Positions 51,133 through 59,655 of a DNA stretch of 64,000 nt are shown piece after piece (the first letter of the stretch is position 1; every line of letters begins with the position of its first letter). The notes below the pieces were generated by a model, which had not been told where the DNA came from, ran no database searches, and saw only the letters and a program-made list of their open reading frames with translations. The stretch is from the NCBI GenBank assembly GCA_965215515.1, contig OZ244057.1:160001-224000 (forward strand), given 5' to 3'. A program made the translations under genes and the position numbers. The DNA comes from Oligoflexales bacterium (lineage in GTDB: Bacteria > Bdellovibrionota_B > Oligoflexia > Oligoflexales > JAPPIL01).

Positions 51133-51170
51133 CTAACCCATTATATTAATTAATATTGTGCATGTGCAGC

Positions 51171-51197
51171 TAAATTTTTGCCAGGTTGTGTCGATAG
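51171..51197 (+). promoter_or_regulatory. Sigma-28 promoter
   Basis: TAAA-N15-GTCGATAG before a lipoprotein gene. Confidence 0.6.
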
Positions 51198-51257
51198 CGG
51201 CATCGGCGGAGTGGGTTAACGTGGATGGGTTTTGTCAGCGCAAGATGGGAGGAGAGA

Positions 51258-51986
51258 ATGCTGATGGCTGCGAGGGGGTTTGTTCCTATATTGTCGCTGT
51301 GCGGCAGTGCGCTGATGTTCGTTGCCTGCCAACATCAACGTCCCAGTAGCGATAGCGAAGCACTTGCGATTAGTGAAGGGACGGATTGCGAAGAACCACA
51401 GTTTGAAATGAAATACAAGCTGGGGCAAGTGATGCCTGCTTACATAGACCTTGGGGTGGAAATGTATCGTACCGAGGGTGATTTTTTCGCCAGTTTTGGT
51501 GATGGTGATGAATATGACACAGAAATTCGCGTCGCTGAGCGTGAAGAGGGACTGCTGGCAATCATCTCTACCCGTCAAGAAAATGGCATGCAAAAACAAG
51601 CTGAAGGGTTAATTATCGATCGTTACGGGGTGGATGACCCTTTCATGCTGGTCATCGAAAACGGTGCGGAAGACGGCAACCCCTTGTCGATTACCGTCAA
51701 AGCACGAGAAATGTCAGAACGTAAAAACCGCGGTATCGTTAAAAGCGAGGGAGTTACCGCACGCATGTCCGCAGAAAATCCTGCCTATCTACAGGTTAGC
51801 AGCCACCATCGCGGCCTTATCGTCACGGAAGGTGGCCGAGTCAGAGAAGGTTTTTTTATGAAAAACGGTATTCATCGTGGCAAGACTATTTCCACCCGCA
51901 AGTTTCAAGATGTGGCAGAAGACTACCTGTTCTGTCTCGGCAAACTTAAACAAAACAAGGGTGACGAAAGTACAGAAGAAGAATAG
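51258..51986 (+). CDS. Hypothetical acidic lipoprotein
   Basis: SD GGAGGAG, lipobox FVAC. Confidence 0.75.
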   Translation: MLMAARGFVPILSLCGSALMFVACQHQRPSSDSEALAISEGTDCEEPQFEMKYKLGQVMPAYIDLGVEMYRTEGDFFASFGDGDEYDTEIRVAEREEGLLAIISTRQENGMQKQAEGLIIDRYGVDDPFMLVIENGAEDGNPLSITVKAREMSERKNRGIVKSEGVTARMSAENPAYLQVSSHHRGLIVTEGGRVREGFFMKNGIHRGKTISTRKFQDVAEDYLFCLGKLKQNKGDESTEEE

Positions 51987-52047
51987 AGAAGTGTATTCTC
52001 GTCTTGTTCTTTATCCGAGAAAGCCGTCCTCCCCAAGGTAGTGCCAT

Positions 52048-52905
52048 CTATAAATCGCATGCGTGCGTGACAGCCACAGAGAGCAGCGGACGCGAGAAGT
52101 ATGGGTGGGGAGGAGGGAAAGGAGGGTTGGGAGAGACATACCCGTCTATATGAGGAAATCCTGGCTGCAGCGTCTCCATCGCGCGGCAACGCATTTTGAT
52201 GAAGGCAGCTATGTGGTTCATCTGCATGCGTATTTTCTTTGCCCAATCGGGATCGGAAGAATATTTGCAGTTCATACCCGCCAGCGATTCCCCACAGTGT
52301 CTTGCGGAACAACCACCACGACGGACATAACGTCGGAAATGCTGTGGTGGTGAGCATCGTTTATGGAATTTTCCCTCGCGGCGTAGGTACTGAAACTTGA
52401 TATATCTAAAAACACGCTCGAAACCATGCGTAAAAGACTCAAACGCGCTCGCCCGATGTTCTTGTCGATCAGCGGCGTTAAACCCCCACAGATTGTATTT
52501 TTTCCTGGCAATCGATGACATTCCCCAGCTGGATTCGAGTGCCGACAACGCCAGTGCGAAGATGGGATTGATGCTGTAGCCTCTCTTGACCAGAGTGAGG
52601 CCACGCAACAAGTCCTGCATATCACCCTTGCCATCGGCAATAATACGAAAAGGGGAGGCTCTGTTGAGGTTTTTTTTCGAGAGCAGGTAGTCCCGTAAGG
52701 CCTCTACCGTCGCCATCCCCATAACCTTCCGATAGGCAGAATTATGGGGAATGAGCAAATCCTCGGTGTAAATATCGCCGCACATAATGTCGCCATGCTC
52801 AGTGCACCTCCGTATGCCCAGTTCGTCGTAAGGCTCATCCTGACCGCAAGCAACCACCACCAACAGGGAGAGAGATAGCAGGCCGCGTGTGTATAGACGT
52901 ATCAA
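52048..52905 (-). CDS. GH73 glucosaminidase-domain lipoprotein (paralog 2)
   Basis: VVAC lipobox; INPIFALALSALESSWG, NLWG, YSSDPDWAKKI; start uncertain (up to 52929). Confidence 0.85.
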   Translation of the reverse strand: MIRLYTRGLLSLSLLVVVACGQDEPYDELGIRRCTEHGDIMCGDIYTEDLLIPHNSAYRKVMGMATVEALRDYLLSKKNLNRASPFRIIADGKGDMQDLLRGLTLVKRGYSINPIFALALSALESSWGMSSIARKKYNLWGFNAADRQEHRASAFESFTHGFERVFRYIKFQYLRREGKFHKRCSPPQHFRRYVRRGGCSARHCGESLAGMNCKYSSDPDWAKKIRMQMNHIAAFIKMRCRAMETLQPGFPHIDGYVSPNPPFPPPHPYFSRPLLSVAVTHACDL

Positions 52906-53630
52906 CACCACATCACTCCAGCAGGGCAACTGACGGTGTCAGGCGACGGCACGAAGTTGTTGTTGATGTACCTAGTGATGGTGTTCATGTGGTTGCGTAT
53001 TTTCTCCGCCCACCCAGGATCGGAGGCATACTTGCAGTTCATACCCGCCAACGATGCCCCACAGTGTTGCGCCGTGCAACCTCCATCACGAACATATTCA
53101 GAGAAATGTTCTGGCGGGTTACAGGACTTGTAGTACCGTCCCGCAGGATCAAGATAGAGTACCTTGATACGGTTGAAGACATGGTTGAAGCCGTGCGTGT
53201 AGTAATCGAAGGTCGCGGCATCTTTGTACGCACTACCATCGTAAGCCTTCCACCCCCAAAGGTTGCGTTTGTCACGCGCGATACTACTGTTCCCCCAGCC
53301 TGACTCGTGAATAGTCAGGGCTAGCGCAAAAATAGGATTGATACCATACAACTGCTTGACAACTTCCAACCCCCACAACAAATCGTCGATGTCGCCACGC
53401 CCGTCGCTCTCCTGCCTGAGAGGCTTGCCCTCGCTCGCACTCGTGTTCAACATGTACCCACGCAGAGCCTCTATCGTGGTAGCATCCGCCTGCAACAAGT
53501 CCTCACTGTAGATGTCGCCACAAGGGATACCCGTGCCACAATCAGACAAGAGTGCGTCGTTGGGTTCATCCTCAGTGCCACAGCCAGACAAGAGAAAGAC
53601 AACGGCCACCGCACGCAGAAAACCCCGCAT
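52902..53630 (-). CDS. GH73 glucosaminidase-domain lipoprotein (paralog 1)
   Basis: SD GAGGAGG, LSGC lipobox; IHESGWG, NLWGWKAYD, YASDPGWAEKI. Confidence 0.88.
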   Translation of the reverse strand: MRGFLRAVAVVFLLSGCGTEDEPNDALLSDCGTGIPCGDIYSEDLLQADATTIEALRGYMLNTSASEGKPLRQESDGRGDIDDLLWGLEVVKQLYGINPIFALALTIHESGWGNSSIARDKRNLWGWKAYDGSAYKDAATFDYYTHGFNHVFNRIKVLYLDPAGRYYKSCNPPEHFSEYVRDGGCTAQHCGASLAGMNCKYASDPGWAEKIRNHMNTITRYINNNFVPSPDTVSCPAGVMWC

Positions 53631-53743
53631 AGTCCCTCCTCTTACCAAAATCCCGATGGTAATTACAGGATAACATCGCTCACCTTGCAGCACCAGCCGA
53701 ATTAAGATAAATATTTGTCACATTTGCATTATTAAGATTTTTC

Positions 53744-53771
53744 TTTAGTTTTGCCAACAAAGTGTCGATAG
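53744..53771 (+). promoter_or_regulatory. Sigma-28-like promoter
   Basis: TTTA-N16-GTCGATAG before the first vWA gene. Confidence 0.4.
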
Positions 53772-53812
53772 GGGGCTGCGAATTGGTTTTACCTCAGGGC
53801 AAGGGGGTTGTA

Positions 53813-54853
53813 ATGGCAAGGCTAGGGTTAGCGTATGTAGCGGCAATGCTAGTAGCGTGCAGTGGCGTGGAGGTGTCGCTTTCCTCTGCGAGCAGTGACG
53901 AGGCCTTGCGCCGTGCCGCGGAGTCATCGGGGAATCAAGGTCTTAATCTTATGAGTGATATCGGCGCGGCTGAGCTGCGCGAGGAGGAAAGCTTTGTACC
54001 GAGCAGTGTGGCCAATCGCAAGCTCGACATCCTGCTGGTTATCGACGATTCTGCCTCCATGCAAGGTTATCGAGATAGTCTCGCGGCCAATCTTTCCCAT
54101 CTTTTCACCGATACTGCCTTGCTCAGCAGCGATTGGCGGGTTGGGGTTATCTCTAGTGCTCGTGGTAGTCTTTTGCTGCAACCCTTCATAACGATCGACA
54201 ATTGGCAACAGGAGTTTGCTGCTCAGGTTAGAAATCCTGCTAGTGGACACAGCCGCGACAGCGATGTCGAGCGTGCGTTGTTCAACGCGGGGCGTGCTCT
54301 TAGCGGTGATGCGGGACGCAGATGGTTGCGGACAAATTCTATCGCGGTCGTGTTGCTTATCACTAACGAAGACCATCGCCAATGCGATCGAGATGCCGAA
54401 TCTTGTTCTGAGGAGGCGGCCTATTCGTTGCAAAATTTTTACGAACAAATGCGTATCCTACGTAGACCACAAGTTACCGCTAAAGTTTACGGTATTTTGA
54501 GTGATGAAGAGGCACGGCGGGAACATTTCCTGCAAGATATAGTGGTTGAAGGTGGCGACCGCGATTCACTATTTACAGAGTGGAAAACCCTCAGCGACAG
54601 TTACCGCAGTGTGTTACAAAATATTTCCCTGAGCGTTGCCGATAGCTTGCAGAGCAACTTCGTCCTGCAAGAGGAGTATAGCGGCGGCGAGGTGGAAGTG
54701 GTTGTACATACCGCGGAAGGTAGACAAACCACCCTCAGCCGCGACGAATACGATATTGCTGGCAAGATGCTGAGCATCCATGAGGGTTTACTCGACGAGA
54801 TGGGGGAAGTTGTCTCGGTGGTAGTTAAATACGGTTATCTTGGCATAGAATGA
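53813..54853 (+). CDS. vWA (MIDAS) domain lipoprotein, short
   Basis: LVAC lipobox; LDILLVIDDSASM; WLRTNS..VLLITNED. Confidence 0.85.
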   Translation: MARLGLAYVAAMLVACSGVEVSLSSASSDEALRRAAESSGNQGLNLMSDIGAAELREEESFVPSSVANRKLDILLVIDDSASMQGYRDSLAANLSHLFTDTALLSSDWRVGVISSARGSLLLQPFITIDNWQQEFAAQVRNPASGHSRDSDVERALFNAGRALSGDAGRRWLRTNSIAVVLLITNEDHRQCDRDAESCSEEAAYSLQNFYEQMRILRRPQVTAKVYGILSDEEARREHFLQDIVVEGGDRDSLFTEWKTLSDSYRSVLQNISLSVADSLQSNFVLQEEYSGGEVEVVVHTAEGRQTTLSRDEYDIAGKMLSIHEGLLDEMGEVVSVVVKYGYLGIE

Positions 54854-54880
54854 TTTCAATCTTGAGTAGCAGGAGGTGAT

Positions 54881-57148
54881 ATGCGTTTCCTATATGTTCT
54901 GTTGTTGATGGGTTGTAGTGCGTCCGATTTTTCTTCGTCGCTGCGTGCAGAAGATGAAAAAAATCAAGGTGGTGGTGACGCAACCCTAGATGCGGATATT
55001 ATCGCAAGTGGGCTGGACTACGATGGTGATCCCATCGTGCTAAAAGATCCACCGCCCGATAATCTTGTCCGTTATACCGAGATTAGCAGTGAGTGGGAGG
55101 CGAAGAGAGTCGTCACCCGCACTGCCAGTCATGACCTGAACGGTAACGCACGCAGTGTAAGTGCAACGATCACCCCCCTTACCGCGACGCGTCAAAATGT
55201 GCAGAGTGTCGACCAAGTAAGCAGATCGGCGTTTACCGATCAATGGGAGCAGCGTGGCCAACGATCTAGCAGGGCAAGCAAGAGTTTCACCCAAACAGAG
55301 CGCGGTATCCTCGATGTCTTACTGGTCATCGACAACTCTGGCTCGATGGAGCAGGAAATTGCCAACGTGAGAGACAACCTCGCTGCTCTTCTCTCCCGTG
55401 TCGGGGACAGCAACTGGCAGATCGCGATGGTAAAAAGCGACCCGCCAGACGAGTGTGTGGTCGAAGGGCTCATCACGTCGGCGACAAGCTCGTATGCTAC
55501 AGCTTACCAGAGTCTGCTAGAATTCGACCTTGCTGGTGGCTCCGAGCACATGCTTAAAAAAGCCCGCTGGGCACTCGAGGGTAAATCTGGCACGCATTGC
55601 GATGGTCGTTGGCTGCGGACTGGCTCGACGGTTGCGGTCATCATTGCCAGCGATGAAGGGCATCAGTGCCCTGATGATAATATCTGCTCGATAGACAATT
55701 ATCGTCGTTTTGCCACTAGTTTTGGGCATGACGTGGTAACTTACGGCTTTGTTCCACTTAGCGGCAAGCACGCTTGGGACCGCAGTCAGCGGGCGATCTT
55801 TAACGCATACGGCTCAGTCACAGGCAATTACTCAGCGATAATGGGAGAAATTTCCGCTAACATTCACGTGCATTTAAAAGATATTTTCACCCTCAGTGTA
55901 GTACCTGATGGTCACGAGATGACGGTGAAGGTCAACAATGTTCCCAAATTGAGTTGCAGCCAGTCACGGCGTAGTAACTGCTATAAAGTTGTCCCTGCGG
56001 GATCTGGCTATGCTGTGCAGTTTATCGGTTACAAACCACCGCAGGGTGCTAGTATTGTCGTCCAGTATACCCATGGTGCTGTCCCTTTTGATACGGAGTG
56101 GGGTTTGTCTTATTCTCCGTTACCTGACCCTGCGACGACGACGGTGACGCTTTTCAGGGCAGACGGCACAACCACCGCACTACAGCGTGGCAGTGGCTAC
56201 ACTATCGCGGGAGCGACGCTGGGTGGTGCTGTTGTGCCGCAGGGTGCGGTTCTCCGTATCGAATATCTTCAGAACATTCCTCTGCGCACGCAATTTACTT
56301 TGGACACCTCCACAGGACGTTTGCCTGACGGTGCAACGCTTTTGCCGAACACAGTGCAGGTTGGGATAGGAGACGGTGCTGGTAATGTCATTAGAACACT
56401 CACTAGCGGTTTTAGTTTTGATGGCACGACTCTGACCTTTACCGATCCCAGCCAAGCACCTGCTGCGGGGGTCAAGGGCCGCAGACGTGCGCAGAGCTTT
56501 GCCATCGCCTACCGATATGAACACGGCTTTGAGGACAGCTACAGCTTCACTTTACATGGCGATCATCGGCCCGATAGCGCATTGAGCTGTCACAACGAGA
56601 CACGCAACGACAGTGTCGTCACCTGTCAGCACGACAGCAGCGCGCACACTATCACCTTCACCGATGCCGACCAGCTTGCCGCAGGCGATGTGGTGGTGAT
56701 TACAGAACAACTAAAGCAGCAGGGCAATAACTTTGCCTTGCAAGATCCAGAAAGGCTCGAAGATGAAGTTGTGCAACTCGGATTGCCAGGTAGCACTGAG
56801 GAGTGTGATATCCCGTCGCAGTTTATTGTTAACAATGAAGTTCTCATTGAAGATATGACTGTTGCCGACTGCTCCCTCATGCATGATTTGATCATGGATA
56901 GAGAGCAAGCAGTAGACTATGTGTACCGAGTTTTCAGACCTGAAGATGAAGGCTTTTTGCAGATGGATGCGAGTTTTTTCAAAGAACATCGGGGTAAATA
57001 CAAGTTTGAATACTGGGAAGTTGCAGTCAACGGTGAGCGCACTAATAAATTCGAGGTAGAAGATTATCTTGTTGTGTTGCACGATGATGTAGAGATCGGC
57101 AAAAATGCTACCGTTACAGTTAAGGTGCATCTGTACCACGCCCTGTAG
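54881..57148 (+). CDS. vWA (MIDAS) domain lipoprotein with repeated Ig-like modules
   Basis: SD AGGAGG, LMGC lipobox; LDVLLVIDNSGSM; repeated P.QGA.I...Y modules. Confidence 0.88.
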   Translation: MRFLYVLLLMGCSASDFSSSLRAEDEKNQGGGDATLDADIIASGLDYDGDPIVLKDPPPDNLVRYTEISSEWEAKRVVTRTASHDLNGNARSVSATITPLTATRQNVQSVDQVSRSAFTDQWEQRGQRSSRASKSFTQTERGILDVLLVIDNSGSMEQEIANVRDNLAALLSRVGDSNWQIAMVKSDPPDECVVEGLITSATSSYATAYQSLLEFDLAGGSEHMLKKARWALEGKSGTHCDGRWLRTGSTVAVIIASDEGHQCPDDNICSIDNYRRFATSFGHDVVTYGFVPLSGKHAWDRSQRAIFNAYGSVTGNYSAIMGEISANIHVHLKDIFTLSVVPDGHEMTVKVNNVPKLSCSQSRRSNCYKVVPAGSGYAVQFIGYKPPQGASIVVQYTHGAVPFDTEWGLSYSPLPDPATTTVTLFRADGTTTALQRGSGYTIAGATLGGAVVPQGAVLRIEYLQNIPLRTQFTLDTSTGRLPDGATLLPNTVQVGIGDGAGNVIRTLTSGFSFDGTTLTFTDPSQAPAAGVKGRRRAQSFAIAYRYEHGFEDSYSFTLHGDHRPDSALSCHNETRNDSVVTCQHDSSAHTITFTDADQLAAGDVVVITEQLKQQGNNFALQDPERLEDEVVQLGLPGSTEECDIPSQFIVNNEVLIEDMTVADCSLMHDLIMDREQAVDYVYRVFRPEDEGFLQMDASFFKEHRGKYKFEYWEVAVNGERTNKFEVEDYLVVLHDDVEIGKNATVTVKVHLYHAL

Positions 57149-57263
57149 GGGGCAAGTCCTGCTGTAAACGGTGAGCAAAAAATAACGGTGCGGTATGCTT
57201 GGGGGAGGGAGTATGGCAGTGAAAACGGTATGATATGATTTTTGTTTATGCAAAAATAAATTG

Positions 57264-57290
57264 TGCAGTTCTTCAAAACACTGCCGATAG
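57264..57290 (+). promoter_or_regulatory. Sigma-28-like promoter
   Basis: TGCA-N15-GCCGATAG, 37 nt before ATG 57328. Confidence 0.45.
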
Positions 57291-57327
57291 TAAGTTAGCA
57301 AATTGTTTTGGCAAAGGATTTGCTTTT

Positions 57328-59613
57328 ATGGGTGGAGTGTTGTTAAAAACTTTGCTTTTATCATTTTTTTTAGTTGCTTGCAATGAGAACAGGGCTAGCT
57401 TTACGCAGGATGCTGTGGAGCCTGCGGTGGAGTTTATGTTACCGCCTGCGCCGATCACGGTCGAGGGGATAGATGCGACGGGTGGGGAGACGCGGGTCAT
57501 TACCGATGAGGAGCGTGATGAGCTCAGCATAGAGCCAGACGGTGCGACGGCAGGTTTATCTCGTGTGTTCATGGTCAATCCTTCCTATAGCAGTGAGGAG
57601 ACGATTGATTTTCAGAACACCACTGTGGACAGCACGGTGGCGATGAGTGCGGAGATAATCGGTGAGAGTCGTGAATTTACCCAGGTTGTGCGTCCTGTGT
57701 ACAGTGCGAGGTTTGCGCAGACGGGTACGTCTGGTGAGGCGGTGGCGGAGAGTTTTGCGCAGAACGAGAAGGGTATTCTTGATATTTTGATGGTCATCGA
57801 CAACTCTGGCTCGATGAAGCAAGCACAGAATAATGTGGCGCGAGGTTTGCCGTCGTTGTTGAACTACGTGGCTAGCAGCAATTGGCAGATTGCCATCACT
57901 TCCACCGATCGTAGGGAGTGCATTCGTCGTATTATCACTGCGGATACGTCTGACTATGGGGAGGTGTTTGCGAACACGATTGAGGGTCTGGGGATTCAAG
58001 GGTCGTCGTTGGAGGAGGCGATACTGATGGCGCATCGTGGTTTGCGCGGCGAGTGCCAGGGCGATACCATGCCCTGGTTGCGGGAAAATTCCAGCGTGGC
58101 CATTATCATCGTTACTGATGAGGATCATCAGTGTTACCAGGAGTTAACTTACGGTGGCCACAGAAGAAGGCCTTCGGGGGTAACGTTGTGCTATGATAAA
58201 CGTGACGATAGGAGCAAGCGGTTAGCGGATTTTTATCAGCAGCTTAATGATTTTTATGATTATCTGCGTGGGCTACGTGTGCCAGGTGAGAGAGCAAAAA
58301 TTTATGGTATCCTTAATCCTGCCATTGATTATAAGGAGGAGGGTTTGTTGTTACTCGGCAGCAAGCGTTTTCTTAATTGGCGCAGCGGAGATGGCAAGCC
58401 GCTGTTCGCGCAGACGGCGAATATTTTTTCTGACAGTTCTGGTTATGACATGATTTTGCAGAACATTTCTGCTGACATCAGTGTTATCTTGCGAGATCAG
58501 TTTGTGTTACAGCATGCGCCTAGTGTGGGCACATTGGTGGTCAAAGTAACTTCAGGGGGAGAGACTAGAGAAGTTGCTAGCGACGAGTATGAGGTGAGGG
58601 ATAATGTTTTGACGCTTAACTTTGCACCTCCGCAGGGGTCGGTCATTGCGGTGCAGTACGCTCACAATGCCGAGCCTGATGTCGAGGACTTTATGCTACC
58701 CAAAATACCGTTGCCAGGCAGTGTGAGTGTTGAGGTAGATGTCGATGGGCATGTTACTGTCGCTGATCCTAACCTCTATGAGCGTGTCGGGCAAGAGATA
58801 AAATTTCACACGGCACCGCCTAAGGGTGCTATTTTGACGGTCAGCTATAAGGAAGACATCCCGCTACGTTCCGAGTTGCAACTCGGTGAAGGGAGGATTA
58901 CCGACCTTATTGTGAGTGTAGATGGTGAGGAGGTTGATACTTTTACACTGGATGCGCGGACGAATTTAATTACTTTTGCTGCCGATGCCTTGCCTGCCGA
59001 GGGAGTGCAGGTGAAAGCACTCTACAATGCTGTTCTTGAGGAAAACTTGAGCTATCGGTTGCCTCGGCATAATTATTTGCGCGATGACGACAACCTGTTA
59101 TGTTTCAGTGTCGATGACCCGCAGCTCATTGTCGGTTGTGAGTGGCGGGAGATTGCGGGTAAGGATTATATTGTGTTCAGCAGAGGTGAATTCGTTCCTG
59201 GGCGCATGGTTACAGTCAGACAACTGCTCGATGTCGACTCTAATAACTTCCAATTGCGGGAGCATTACCTGCCCGAGACCATCAAGCTGCAGGTCGGCAC
59301 GGAGGCTTGTTATGCTTCAGACCTTGTGATTGTAAATAATGTTATTGTGCTTGACGAATATCTCGCACAATCTAGCTGTCCTCACCTTGTCAGTGATCAG
59401 CAGATTATGCTTAATTACGACTATATCGAGTTAAAGCAAACAATTAGCATCGATGAGTTGTTCTTCGCTGCCCATCCGCACGAATATGAACATTGGGAAA
59501 TCAAGATTGACGGAGAAAGAATCACCGACTTCAAGGTTGTGAACCACGCGGCTATTTTTGACTATCGCTTACCTCCTGATGCGATAGTAGAGGTGAAGGT
59601 TTCGCTCTACTGA
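57328..59613 (+). CDS. vWA (MIDAS) domain lipoprotein with repeated Ig-like modules
   Basis: LVAC lipobox; LDILMVIDNSGSM; WLRENSSVAIIIVTDED; PPQGS/PPKGA/PAEG modules. Confidence 0.88.
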   Translation: MGGVLLKTLLLSFFLVACNENRASFTQDAVEPAVEFMLPPAPITVEGIDATGGETRVITDEERDELSIEPDGATAGLSRVFMVNPSYSSEETIDFQNTTVDSTVAMSAEIIGESREFTQVVRPVYSARFAQTGTSGEAVAESFAQNEKGILDILMVIDNSGSMKQAQNNVARGLPSLLNYVASSNWQIAITSTDRRECIRRIITADTSDYGEVFANTIEGLGIQGSSLEEAILMAHRGLRGECQGDTMPWLRENSSVAIIIVTDEDHQCYQELTYGGHRRRPSGVTLCYDKRDDRSKRLADFYQQLNDFYDYLRGLRVPGERAKIYGILNPAIDYKEEGLLLLGSKRFLNWRSGDGKPLFAQTANIFSDSSGYDMILQNISADISVILRDQFVLQHAPSVGTLVVKVTSGGETREVASDEYEVRDNVLTLNFAPPQGSVIAVQYAHNAEPDVEDFMLPKIPLPGSVSVEVDVDGHVTVADPNLYERVGQEIKFHTAPPKGAILTVSYKEDIPLRSELQLGEGRITDLIVSVDGEEVDTFTLDARTNLITFAADALPAEGVQVKALYNAVLEENLSYRLPRHNYLRDDDNLLCFSVDDPQLIVGCEWREIAGKDYIVFSRGEFVPGRMVTVRQLLDVDSNNFQLREHYLPETIKLQVGTEACYASDLVIVNNVIVLDEYLAQSSCPHLVSDQQIMLNYDYIELKQTISIDELFFAAHPHEYEHWEIKIDGERITDFKVVNHAAIFDYRLPPDAIVEVKVSLY

Positions 59614-59655
59614 ACAACTTCGAGACTTCCAGTCGGTGGGTATGCAGAGCGGGTG

